From positions 620,001 to 684,000 of the forward strand of contig JANHCV010000009.1 in assembly GCA_025594325.1 (NCBI GenBank): a DNA stretch of 64,000 bases. Reading direction: 5' to 3'. Positions within the stretch are counted from its first letter, which is position 1, and each line of letters begins with the position of its first letter. Both the position numbers and the translations under genes were made by a program. Under the pieces are notes generated by a model. That model searched no databases and had not been told where the DNA came from. It saw nothing but the letters and a program-made list of their open reading frames with translations. Shown in pieces: positions 12,371-24,035 of this stretch. The DNA is from Blastocladiella emersonii ATCC 22665 (lineage: Eukaryota; Fungi; Blastocladiomycota).

Positions 12371-14539
12371 TTGTTGCCGCGGCCGCCTTGATGGCGTTGA
12401 GCCAGTCGGGCAGGAGCGCGGCGTTGGCGTAGAACCCGTTGGCAATGGTGGCCGGCTCAGGCTCATTGATGGCAGGCAGTGGGATGGGCGTGGCAACTCC
12501 CCCAAAGGCGAGCGGCAAGATGGGCGCAGCCACTCCCCCAATAGTGAGAGGCGGGACAGACGCAGCCGCTCCCCCAACCACCACAAGGCAGGAGCAAGCG
12601 CAGGGGCATGCAGGGAGCGCACAGTGGTGCAAGCACGGCGCGCAGCGCGCAAAGGGCTGCAGCAGGCCGCGTAGCAGCGGATAGGGAGTGTGACAGGAGG
12701 TAACCACGAGGCAGCACCCAGCAGGTAAGGCGCTGCAGTTCAACAGAGTGTGAACTGCAGGCGGGATGATGCAGCACGCGCAAGCGCATGCGGTGAGCGG
12801 GATGCGCGAATCGCGCAGGCGTGTATGGCAAGGAGGGTGCGCGAAGCAAGCGGGGTGCCGCAGATCGCGCAGGTGCCTTTGGTGAGAAGGATGTGCGACT
12901 TGCGCGACGTTGGAAGATGGAGCGGGATGCTGCGGGTTGTGCGGGTCCAGCGTGCGAGCAGGCGGAGGACAGGGTACTGTTGGCCGCGCAAGTGCAGGTG
13001 GCGAGCGGGAAAAACGCGGATCGCGCGGGCGCAGGGGCCGCGAAGGACGTCGCGGATCACGCGAGCGCCAGCGGCTAGCGGGATGCACAGCTCAATCTAG
13101 TAGCGAGTGCCATGCGGGATGTTGCGGATCGCGCGAGCGCAGGCGGCGAGAAGGACGCACAGCTCGCGCGGGTGCAGGTGACGAGCGGGACGCGCGGATC
13201 GCGCGAACGGGCGACGAGCGGAACGCGTGGATCGCACGAGTGGGCGACGAGCGAGACGCGCGGACTGCGCGACGTGCAGGACGCGCGGATCGCGCGAACG
13301 GGCGACGAGCGGGACGCGCGGATGGCGCGAGCAGGCGACGTGCGGGGCGCGCGGGTCGCGCGGGCGGGCGACGAGCGGGTGGTGCGGATGGCGCGAGTGC
13401 GGGCGTCAGGCGGGTTCCGCAGCTTGCACAAGTGCCGGCGCCGAGCGGGATGTTGCGGGTCGTACGAGCGGGCGACGAGCGGGACGCGCGCGTCGCGCTA
13501 GTGGGCAACGAGCGGTGTGCGCAACTCACACAAGAGCAGGTGTTGCGCGGGAAGACGTGGATCGCACAAGCGAGTCGGCGAGCGGGATGCCGCGCGGAAT
13601 GCACAGCTTGCACAAGTGCAATCGGGGAACTGCAGCTCGGCCGGGGCCAAACAGCTTGGTGCACCGTGGATTACGTGAGTGTGGGTAGCGCGAGTGTACA
13701 CGGCCAACAGGGCGGTAGGGCGCCGTGGACCGTGCAAGGACCGACGTCACACGGGACGCGCGGTTTCCACAAGGGCGAGGAGCGAGTTGGGGACGTGCGG
13801 CACGTGGGATGGCGGAGAGCGTGTGGAGTGGTTCGTGTCGCGCGAGATCAGACGGCGAGCGGGATGTGGGACCCCGCGCCAAACCGGCAGGTAGGCGGAG
13901 CGTAGGGGCTCAGATTGTGCGTGATGAGCGTGATGCCACGTCGTGCACTGCGGGAGATGGCCAAGAGTCCGCGAGGAGCGCGATGGCAAGCAGGCACGCG
14001 GTGCTGGTACTCGCGCAACGATGTGAGGCGAGCGGGGCAAGGCAGCCAGCCGCGCAGCAATTGCAACACCGTTGCCCGCAAGACGGCGCGGGGAGGGCGC
14101 GACTGTTTGCAGAGCAACGCGAGGCAAGCATGGTGGCGCGGAGAGGTGCTGGCGGTGCAGGTGCGCCCATCATAGTGCAAGATTGTGTGGTGTGCATAGT
14201 TGGGCTGTGCAGGTAAGCATGCGTGAGTGTGAGGGGTGATGCATGGTCGCCCTACGTTGTCAGGGAGCCATACATGGTGGAGATGCCAGAGAGGTTCCAA
14301 GGGAACCGAGCCAGATACGGAGCAAGGGGAGCGAAGTGTTGCGAGTACTTCTAAACGACGGATGGCGGGGCGAGAGGAGGAGTGAGCAGATCGAAGTGCA
14401 TTGGAGGTGACCGCGAAGGGCGACCCACACTCGCACACGCACAACGCCTGCTTCTCCTGGTCGCAACCACACACACATCACATTGGGGAACGCGTCCGAG
14501 GCTCACAGGCAGGGGATGATGCAACGCGCCGCGCGAAGT

Positions 14540-14950
14540 CTGCTTACACTGTGTGCGCACTTGGCTAACGCGCAAGGCGGTGGTGCACCAATACGCGGGA
14601 CGCCCGGCGGCGGGGAAGTTGCAGGAGCTCGCGGCGCGGGGTCTGCTTACACGGTGTGCGCACTTGGCTAACGTGCAAGGCGGTGGTGCACCGATACGCG
14701 GGACGCCTAGCGGCGGGGAGGTTGCTGGAACGCGCGGCGCGGGGTCTGCTAATACGGTGTGCGCACTTGGCTAACGCGCAAGGCGGTGGTGCGCCAATTC
14801 GCGGGACGCCCGGCGGCGCGAACCGCCGCGAACACGGGTGGCGAACGCGGTTTCCGTCATCGCGACTATCGTGCGGAAGGGTATCTGCTAACACAGTGTG
14901 CGCACTTGGCTAACGCGCAAGGCGGTGGTGCACTGATACGCGGGATACCC
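14540..14950. repeat. 103-bp tandem repeat (3 copies plus a fourth after 139 bp) inside the copia element
   Basis: CTGCT.A.AC.GTGTGCGCACTTGGCTAACG.GCAAGGCGGTGGTGC starts at 14540, 14643, 14746, 14885. Confidence 0.9.
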
Positions 14951-15240
14951 AACGGCACGATCTGCTGCCGTGAGCGCGAGGTGGCGCACACGTCGACGTG
15001 AGGGAGAACGGAGGTGGGCGGCTGGGCTAACCGCGCCGGCGGCCCTGTGTCAACCGCTGCAGGCACTGGGACCCGCCACCGGGGCAGGCAGCGATTCCCG
15101 CCCTGGTGCTCGGCCGCTCGCACGGTCCGCGGCCCATGCCAGTACAGCGGGCGCAGGTGCAGTGACCGCGCGGCGGCAGGGAGGTGTGGAAGCAACTCGG
15201 AGGAAGCGGAGGCCGTACGTACATCGAGCTTCAAGGGCGA

Positions 15241-15255
15241 GCAGGGCTCATAACC
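15241..15255 (-). promoter_or_regulatory. Primer binding site complementary to the anticodon arm of initiator tRNA-Met (half-tRNA priming)
   Basis: Minus strand GGTTATGAGCCCTGC starts directly after the 5' LTR; plus strand GCAGGGCTCATAACC equals the tRNAiMet anticodon-arm sequence. Confidence 0.85.
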
Positions 15256-15580
15256 AGTTGAAGCGTACAGGTGCAGGGTGCGAGAGGAAGGTTGAGCACG
15301 ATGCACGGAAGGCTGAGGAGATGACGGAGACGGTGATGGACACGGCGAAGGAGGTAGACGCAGAAGGGAGGAAAGGGTGTATAACGACGGCTAATAGTAG
15401 CAGCGATCTAGAACAAAACCAGAGGGAGCGGAGACGCTCGCTTGAGGTGAGCGTGCGACCCCGCGGCGAGGCAGTCCGCCGGCGGTGACTGGAAGTGTGG
15501 CGCCGCCGGCGCGTGCCACTCGCGTGATTGCCCGACGCGTCTCTCGCGGTCGGGCCAGCGTGCGCGTGTGTACTTGAACT
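15256..15580 (-). repeat. 5' LTR (325 bp)
   Basis: Direct repeat of 8560-8884, immediately followed on the minus strand by the PBS. Confidence 0.95.
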
Positions 15581-17064
15581 GAATATACGCGTCTATAGTC
15601 CTCGCAACGTGTGCCGCGAACGCCTCACCACATACAAATGCTCAGAGACCTTGGCGATCGCAAGCCCTGTCGAGTCAGCGGTCGCAAGAACGCGCTTGGC
15701 GAGGTAGAAGTTGCGCTGTCGTGGCCTTCGCCCTCACAGCCACGGATCGCTCCCACGCGTCCACACCGGCCGCGCGCCCGTGCCGCGTGTGTGTTGCACG
15801 CGCGGGTGGCCGGGTAGCCCATCAACCAGATCGCTGAGGATCGCTTCACACGAGAGGTGAGAATGACGCGCATGAGATGACTCCGCGTGCCGATCGCGCG
15901 CGAGTGATGAAGCAGAAGCAGCAGCATGCGCGGCGGCGAGCACGGCGGTGAAGCTTGAGATCAAGCTGGTGGAGAGCGGGGCGGACGGCGGGGTGGACGG
16001 AGAGACGGACGGCGAGACGGACGCAGCCAGGCGCGACGGCAACAGCTACCTTGTACCGGCAGGAGCCGAGGCTTCGGTAGAAGGCGTTTACGGCTCGGGA
16101 GGCGCGTGCGCGGCGGGCACACGTTCGGTTCAGGAAGGGAGCGAGACGCAGTTGAGGGCGCCGCGGTGGCCGCGACCGCTCGCGGCGAGCAAGCTTTGTT
16201 GACTTGGTCGACCGCGCCTCTCACGTTCCACAGGCCGAGATCGTGGCAGCCCATGCAGCGTCGCGGAGGCTGGATCGCGACAAACATCGGAGGCGAGACG
16301 GCGCGGCGTTCCGGGATGCGCGAGAGAGATCCAGTACATGGCGATGAGATAGCTTCATGTCTTGCGACAGGTGCTCTCGACGTGGCGGGCAGTGGTGGGC
16401 CTCAGTCGCTGAAGGGAGAGAGAGGAGAGCGGGCGCGCGGGCAGGAGGAAGCGAGCCGAACCGCCGAAGTCACATGTGTGCGCGCTCACCAGCCCGGGTG
16501 AGAGGCTTTTTCGCTCCTCACGCCTCAGACCGCGCTCAAGCGCTGAAACCCTCCCTAGCGCCACCTAGCGCCACATCCCGGGCCGTGAGCGTGAGTTGAG
16601 GAGCGTTTTGAGCGATCCATGAAACCCCCTAGTCTCTCCCGCCCTCGCGGAAAACGCGCTCGAAAGGGCGGCGTGGAGACGTCACGCGCGCGCGGGTGGA
16701 AAATCAGCTGACACCCGGGAGACAGAGACAAAGCGCGTGTCGCGCGGCGCGACGCGTCGTCGCGTCTCACGTTTCGCGCGCGCGCGGGACGCGGCGCGGC
16801 GGGTCGTCATACGCGCGCGATATTGTCGCACACTGCAACGAGCTGTGCGCGCCCCCTGCCCTGCTCCGCCCTTGCCCTTTCTCGCCCACCGCCGACGCTC
16901 CCTCCACGATCTCGCCAAGTAGACTATAGACGACGACGAAGACTTGCCCCCTAGACTGATAGACGGCCGGCACCGACTCCTCGCCGACCACACCACCCGC
17001 CCGATACCCTACCCTGTAACCCCTCCGCCGACTCGCCCATACCCGCCAGTACCACGTCGCCGCC

Positions 17065-18732
17065 ATGGAGAGCATGCTCAAAAACATGACCCTGCGCGGT
17101 CTCCCCGCCGGCCTGCGCTCGCCCAACCGCAAGAAGGGCGACGCGTCCGCGCACGACTCGGGGTCGGGGTCGCCGCAGAAGCTCGCGCCCGCGACCGCCT
17201 CGAACCATTTCCTTGCGCCCGTCACGGGCCACCACGACCGCACGGGCTCGTCGAACCCGGGTTCGGGATTTACGAGCAACCTGCACCGGCGCGGGTCGAT
17301 CGCGAGCTTCGCGTCGGCGGTCCGCAAGTCGCCGTCCATGGCGTCCATCATGGCCATGGTCGAGGAGCCCACGCGCAACAGCCTGCCGACCAAGTGCATC
17401 GAGAACAACCAGCTGCGCGTGCCCATGAACGTCGACCACGGCCGCCTGTGCCCCGAGCTCGTCGCGTGGGCCAAGTCGCCCCGCCTCAACGACCTCAAGT
17501 CGTCGGCCCGCCTCATGCCCAACTACAACTACGCCAGCTCGGCCGTCCAGCTCGTCGCTGACGACGACGAGCGTATGGTCGCGCGGTCTGGGTACGGTTT
17601 TTGCTCGTTGCGCGGCGGTGGTGGCGAGATGCTGACTCTCGCTCGATTCAATCTGTGTAGCGACGACGTGTTCGTGTTCCTGCAGGGTACGTTTGACGCT
17701 AAACCTTCCTTGACCTCGATCGCGTACTGACTCTCTCGTCCGCGGTTCGTAGTCGCCGACTTCCTCGCCAAGGGTGTTCCGCAGAGTACGTTCTCAACTC
17801 ACTCCCGTCCTCGATCTCGCGCTGACTCTTTACGACCCCATAGACGTCGAGCTGTTCTACGTCGTGACGACGCCGTCCGCGACCTTCGCGTCCAAGCCGT
17901 GGCCCGCGCTCGAGAAGCCGACCCGGACCAACGAGCCCTTCCTCCTGTACGTCAATCCCGCGCTCACGACCGACTCGTACCCCCCGCTCACGACCATCGA
18001 CGACCCCCTCGTAGGCCGTACGCGGACCAGATCAACATCGGCGTGTTCGCGCGCCTCCCCGTGACGCCGGGCAAGAAGAAGTCTGGCCTGATGGGCTCGC
18101 TCAAGAAGAAGGTGCCGCAGGACCACCTGCAGGGGGCCGAGATCAGCCTGGGCGAGGTGCACCTGGACCTGCAGTCGGTCGACTTTGGCAAGGAGGCGGC
18201 GACGCTGACGATTGCCTTCGACCCTCGGCTCCGCGCCCTCCTGCACTGGACCGTGGACGCGGACGCGGAGCTGACGGTTCGCCTCGGTGTGTGGACGGGC
18301 GCGGGCCCGCGGATCCGGTCGCAGCGCGAGGCGTTCCACTCCGGGTACCTGACGATCCAGACCAACCCGCGGTGCCCGACGTGGCGCCGGTACTGGGCCG
18401 TCATCGACACGGAGCGCGGCGTGCTGCAGCTCTTCGACTTCGAGTACAAGACCACCAAGCTGCACCGCGTGCTGTCGCTCGGCACCGTGACCGCGGTGCG
18501 GCCTGCCGACCCCGAGGAGTACCCGATCCCGCACACGTTCGTCATGGTGTGCCCCGGCGCCTTCGCCATCCAGTCGTCGTCCGACCTCTACGCGTCCAAC
18601 GACACGCTCGTCAGCGTCGAGGCCGCTAAGTGGGTCTGCCGCGCCGATACCGACGCTGACATGGACCGCTGGATGCAGTCGCTCGCCGCGACCTCGCGCA
18701 TGGTCCGTGCCCAGGCCAAGTCGCACAAGTAA
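17065..18732 (+). CDS. PH-domain protein, possibly anillin/Bud4-like C-terminus, multi-exon
   Basis: C-terminal GYLTIQ..WRRYWAVI..LQLFDF...RADTDADMDRWMQSL is a PH domain; several GTACGT/GTATGG introns link ORFs 17065-17730 and 17899-18732. Confidence 0.65.
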
Positions 18733-18838
18733 CAAGCGCGTAGGGTTGGGGTTTGGTTGTTGTTCTTGTATTGTCGTCGTTCTATTCAATCGCTATTCAA
18801 ATAGCCCGATTCGACGGTGAAATGATTATATGTACAGC

Positions 18839-20818
18839 TCATCCCATCCTTGCCGGCCCCGGAAACGGACCATGCCCTGGCCCGCCGCGCGGTGGTGCTC
18901 GTTCGTGCTCGACCACCACGAGCGTCGGCGTCGCACTCGCGCCCTCCTCGTCATCGAGATCCCACCGACCATCATCCTCATCATCCGACTCACTCCCGTG
19001 GTCGCTCGCCCCACTCGTCACGACCGTGAGCAACGACGCCTGGCTATCCACGCCGCCGCCGCGTCCCGCTCCCGGCGCGATCCCAGCGCGGAGCTGCTGG
19101 AACCGCGCCGCCGAGTGCGTGCGCAGGTCGTCGTGCGACCAGACGCGCGCGTGGCCGCGCACGCGCTGTTGTGGCGGGGGCGGGGGCGGGGACCAGTGGC
19201 GGTACTCGGCGGCGCCGTACCCGCCACCATTCGCGACCGACGAGGACGGCGACGAGGCGAGGAACGTGTTGACGAGCTGGGTCGGGGTCGACCCGTGGTG
19301 CACGCCCGAGTCGCTCGCGGCGACGCGCTGGTACGCCGTGTGCGGGACCGTGGGCCCGCTGCCGTTGCGGTCGACCATGGGCAGCGTGAGTGGGTCGACG
19401 CCCCGCGTGATCCCCGACGCCCCACCGGCGCCGGCGGCATCCGAGACGCGGTGGCGGCGCTGGCGGCGCTGCGCGCGGCCCGCGGCGCGCTTGAACGAGT
19501 GGATCGCGACCTTGAACATCATCTCGTCGTACACGATGAACCCGAGAAGGAGCACGTTGCACGCGACCCAGAAAAAGGGCACCGCGACCGAGTAGTTGCC
19601 CGGGCCCGACGTGATATACAGGTCGCCCAGCACGTTGAGGATCAGGACGGCCGCGCGGGGGACGTACGACGTGGCGAGCGCGCGCAAGAAATCCATGGTG
19701 TTGTTGAACTCGGCGTGCAGCGTCTTGCGGATCCACAGCGAGTTGAAGCACACGAAGCAGACGTACGTCTCGATGCCAATGTCCAGGATCCGCCGCGCGT
19801 TGAAGATCAGCGACGAGGGCTCCCACGAGCAGTACCGCCCGGCGTCGGGCGAGTCGATGGCGCGCGAGCGCAGTTTGACCACGTCTACACGCGAATGGTT
19901 AGCCGTTGCCGTGTCGCTGAAGAGCGGCAGGAACGCACCGAGGGCGCCGAGCGCGACATAGATGAGCCACGTCATGAGGTGCAGCGGGCGGTGCGTGCGG
20001 GACCACTGCGACAGCGACAGCAGCTGGTCGGCGCGCGCGAGCATCAGGCCCATCGCCAGCGCGTACCCGGCCTGGAACATGGACTGCGTGGCGCGGTTCC
20101 GCTGCTGGCACGCGTCGTCCGAGATGTCGGGCAGGTTCATGGACAGCTGGCCGACCGCGTTGAAGAAGAAGACGAGCGCCATGAGCGACTTGGCCCCGAA
20201 GAACCACACGCGCGCGTGGAACTCGCGCAGCGGACGCAGCTGACGCCGGTACTCGATGCGCGCGGGCGGCGATGGAGCGGCGGCGGCCGCGTCGACGATC
20301 GATTCGGGCGAGCACACGCGGTCGTGGTGCGGCAGGACCGGCGTCTGGCTCGGCGAGGGGGCGCCGGGACCCGGCTGGTTTCGCCGGCGCGCCGCGGCGA
20401 ACGTGGCGCGGAGCGACCGCGACGACGCGGCGCGCGCCGGGACGGGGACCTCGACGACCTCGCGCCGCAGCGATTTCGCGAACCGGGCGAGCGCGTAGCG
20501 CAGCGCGACGAGGGTGAAGAGGAGGTAGGCGCCGACAAAGGCGATGAAGAAGATGCGCAGCGTCGTCAGGGCGAGCATGTGGTGCTGCGAGTCGGCGGAG
20601 GCGGACAGCGACCCGGCAGTCGAGCGGAAGTCGACTTCGTCGAACGGCGCGGGTGACCGTGGGAGGAGCAGGCGGTCGGACCACCAGTCTTCCGAGACAG
20701 CGCCGAATTCGCTGCTGCTGACGGCGTCTATGCCGACGTTCCGCGCATGGAGCAACGGCGCGGCCGCAGCGGCGGCAGCGGCGAGCGCTCCGGGATTTGG
20801 CGGGAGCGGTGGTGGCAT
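18839..20818 (-). CDS. Intronless multi-pass (~7 TM) membrane protein, GPCR-like topology
   Basis: Uninterrupted ORF from MPPPLPP (20818) with about seven hydrophobic segments, a long loop after TM1 and a disordered C-tail; no family motif recognised. Confidence 0.65.
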   Translation of the reverse strand: MPPPLPPNPGALAAAAAAAAPLLHARNVGIDAVSSSEFGAVSEDWWSDRLLLPRSPAPFDEVDFRSTAGSLSASADSQHHMLALTTLRIFFIAFVGAYLLFTLVALRYALARFAKSLRREVVEVPVPARAASSRSLRATFAAARRRNQPGPGAPSPSQTPVLPHHDRVCSPESIVDAAAAAPSPPARIEYRRQLRPLREFHARVWFFGAKSLMALVFFFNAVGQLSMNLPDISDDACQQRNRATQSMFQAGYALAMGLMLARADQLLSLSQWSRTHRPLHLMTWLIYVALGALGAFLPLFSDTATANHSRVDVVKLRSRAIDSPDAGRYCSWEPSSLIFNARRILDIGIETYVCFVCFNSLWIRKTLHAEFNNTMDFLRALATSYVPRAAVLILNVLGDLYITSGPGNYSVAVPFFWVACNVLLLGFIVYDEMMFKVAIHSFKRAAGRAQRRQRRHRVSDAAGAGGASGITRGVDPLTLPMVDRNGSGPTVPHTAYQRVAASDSGVHHGSTPTQLVNTFLASSPSSSVANGGGYGAAEYRHWSPPPPPPQQRVRGHARVWSHDDLRTHSAARFQQLRAGIAPGAGRGGGVDSQASLLTVVTSGASDHGSESDDEDDGRWDLDDEEGASATPTLVVVEHERAPPRGGPGHGPFPGPARMG

Positions 20819-21452
20819 GGTGTCGATGGGCGAGGTGCAGTCAGTCGCTTGCACCAAGTTGCATCGGGATACATGTAGCGGCGCGGGCGGAGAGGAGAGG
20901 AGAGGGGCGGCGGCAAGGGACGGGAAACGGGGGCACGCCCGCTGAGCCACCCGCTCGACCGTCACCTGACTCCAATCACACCCGTTCATCAGCCGCCGAC
21001 CGCGCGGCGCGCGAGCACGACGCGCCAGTGCGGCAATCGGGGATGGGCGCGCTGGGCTTTCCGCTGAGCCTCGTCGACGCGTCGGAGTCGCTTCAACGCG
21101 CTTAGGCGGCCGGTCGGATGGTCCCGCGAGCTTGGCCCTTGCTCCCGGCTCCGGCGCACCGAGTTACGGTGGAAAAGTGTCAAGCTGTATCACGCAGGCC
21201 TGAGTCGGCCTACCTAACCGCCGCCGGCTCGGACTCGCCGTAACCACGCATCACATTGCGCCTAGCCAGCGAGGAGGTGTCCCCTTGCGAGGTGGAGTCG
21301 GGGAAAAACTGATGCGACGAGACAGCGCTTCGAGAATACTTGTTGACCGAGTGGAGGCGCAAGGATCGATGTTGTTTATGGTGGGAGACATTCAGTTCGC
21401 CGTGAGCCCACGCGAGAAATCGTCAACGATCTATCTCTCTGACCTTGTCAGT

Positions 21453-23827
21453 ATGGATCACGCAACACATGAAACCTACTTGCAGCAAATGAATCTTCAA
21501 GCCCTTCCGCCTGAACTGCTCGCGGTGGTCCTGCAGCTCGCGACCTCGCGTTCCTTGGTGCCCGCCGCCTCGAGCGAGCTGCGCTCCCTTGTGAGCTCGG
21601 GACCAGTTGCAGAAATATGGTTACACACAGCTTTGCGCTGGGACCAGGATAGGGTTTTTGTCGGGAACTACTTTGACGGCCCGCCCGCCAGTTACGAGAC
21701 GGACCTCGGCATGTTGTACGAAGGGACCGATAGGCCTTACCGCAGCCGGATCATTCCGCTGGCGACCGATCTCGCCTCGACCACCATGCGGTCGGCCGCG
21801 CCTTTTCTTGCCAGGCGGTTCATTCAACTCGTGCTGCCCAGCATCCGCGGATACTCGTCCGGCGACGACGCGCTGCAGGACGCCGTTGCTTCCGCGATCA
21901 AGAATCTTAATCACGCCGTTCTCAACAGAAAAGGTGTTGTACGCTGCTTCGGCCATCCGCTCGCGTCGCTCATCCAGCTTCTTATCCACTGCACACGAGT
22001 GCTTGATGTTCCCGAGTACGCGAACTTGCTTGACTTGGTCATCGCTCAAGTTCCACGGATTTTCGCGACCAAGCACACTCTCGAAGGTTGGTTAAAGCTT
22101 ACCCAAGTTTCGCAAAACCTTTTCTGCCATTTCTTTGAGGAGGGCGGCGAGGCTGTCGCCAGCATCTCGTTGGTCGATTTCCTTGGTTACTACGCTGCCC
22201 ACCGTTGGGCACCGCGGATCCTTGGAGTTCTTCACGCCGACCCGCGGCTTGAGTTCCAGCGTTGGCGGCTCCTCGAATTGTTGCGATCTGACAAGGGCGC
22301 TAAGCAGCTCTTCCAGACAATCGATACTTGGGCGACTGACGAACACGCCGAGGATATCATCATGATGCTTGACTTGATCCTCGGCTCAAACTGGAATTTC
22401 CTGATCAAGTACCGCCTTGGATTCGCGCAAGTGCGCTCGTTGACCGTTTTCCACCACGCTCTTGGCAAAGGTGCGTTCAGGCGTATACACAAGTCCGAAT
22501 GGACCGAATTGCATACATTCGAATGGCATACGTTCAAATGGACCGTAGCGTACTCGGCTGCCATCAAGAAAAGCCAGGTTGAGTTCGGCCAAGTCATGCT
22601 GGATGTCTTGGACGAGCACGGCTTCATCGATCTGCGTTCCTGGTCGTACTTGCTGCAAGCAGCGATCAAATCAAACCCACGCAGCGCTCAGGTCAGCTCC
22701 ATGGTGAAGCGCCTTGGCGATCGGTTGGTTGATGTGCTTGAAATCAGTACGTCTAACCTTTGCATGATTGAACGGTTGATGGGTCCTTGATCTCACACAA
22801 ATTGGTCACGCATGTAGTATCCTTCAAGTCTATTGCGTACACCACTAATGCTTTTCCGGCTCCTTCGACTGTCCTTGCCTTCGCCCAGTCCAACCTGCCA
22901 CGCGACCAGCTGTACAGCTTGATCGAGACTTTGGCCGGTCGCTTGCACAAATGGGCTGTCAACGAAGGCGTGTACGACAACGATGGAGTGTTCCATCCCG
23001 TTGAGCCCAAGGATCCTCCAGAGACGGCTCGTGCAGTCCTCGCCACCATCTTTTCCAGTGACGCTCTTCCCGACGGCGCCCTGTGGCCTCTGTTCCTGTT
23101 CGCAAACGCTTTCATCTCGCTCTACGGCCCAGTCGAATGCACGGAGCTTGTCTGGGTAACTGTCGCCGCCCTCAACGATCCAGCGACACGCGACCTTGCG
23201 CGCGAGTTCATTCGGAACGAACGCACCGCGCCGTTCCTTCTCGCGGCCATGATCCACGCGTAACTTCTTTCGCAGGTGGGTATCCACCCCACGCTTCGTG
23301 TCGGCTCCTTCCGCAAGGCTTGTCGTTTCTGCCCGCTGTCCGATCAACGGGTCTGGCGCGACACGATGGAGGAGCTCCTCCGGATCGACTCGGAAGCGGT
23401 GCGCAGAATGCCGCCATGCATTTGGTCCAGCATGCGCGAGTGACTCAACGACGAGGCACCTGATCTTCATACTTTGGACCTGCGCCAGTACCCCTGTCAC
23501 GGCGCTTGCGATACCACCCGCGTCTCCGCGCTCGAGACATTCCAGCTCCTTCTCCGTTCAGATCTCAGTCACGTTCTCGACATGATCTCAAACAACGGCG
23601 GCGCCCATGGCTCTAGCGTACCGCTCTCAATCTGGCGCGCAATCGACGCTGGGGCCTTGGATGGAGTCAAGGGTCTCGGCTGGATCAAGCAAACGCTGGC
23701 CGAGCTCGGTTCGGCGGCTGGCTCAAATGAGAACTTTGCTCAGGAAGAGTTTGAGCGTGAAATCCGTCGCGTCGCGCCGGAGTCCATGGCCAAGCTTGAC
23801 GCCGGGGCGCTCAAGCGCCATTCATGA
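21453..23827 (+). pseudogene. Orphan F-box-like family, tandem copy 1, with in-frame stops in exon 2
   Basis: Homologous to copies 3 and 4 over both exons, with the intron at the same position (22747-22817). In-frame TAA at 23261-23263 and TGA at 23441-23443 interrupt otherwise colinear sequence. Confidence 0.8.
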
Positions 23828-24035
23828 GTTCGTAATACGATTTGGAATGTAACTTGTATTTGATTCTCGCATCCGTGTCGACGAAGGTGCTTGAGGTGGC
23901 CACCGACGTGATGGTCAGACTGATCGCACCCGCGTGATCAGCTCATCGGCGCAATCATGCAACCAGCAGCGCCTCCGTGAGCTCCTCTCTCCCCTTCCCG
24001 CATGCAACACAGCTCTTGCAATGAACTCTAACTCC

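Larger units (their letters stand above)
8560..15580 (-). mobile_element. Ty1/copia LTR retrotransposon, full length, probably non-autonomous
   Basis: Two 325-bp direct repeats (8560-8884, 15256-15580), 5-bp TSD GAATA (8555-8559, 15581-15585), PBS, PPT, and pol in copia order IN-RT-RNase H. Confidence 0.95.

Noticed and set aside
15734-16202. Small ORFs right of the copia (15734-16042 minus, 15948-16202 plus)
   Set aside because: Low complexity, no motif and no convincing splice structure; cannot support a gene call.
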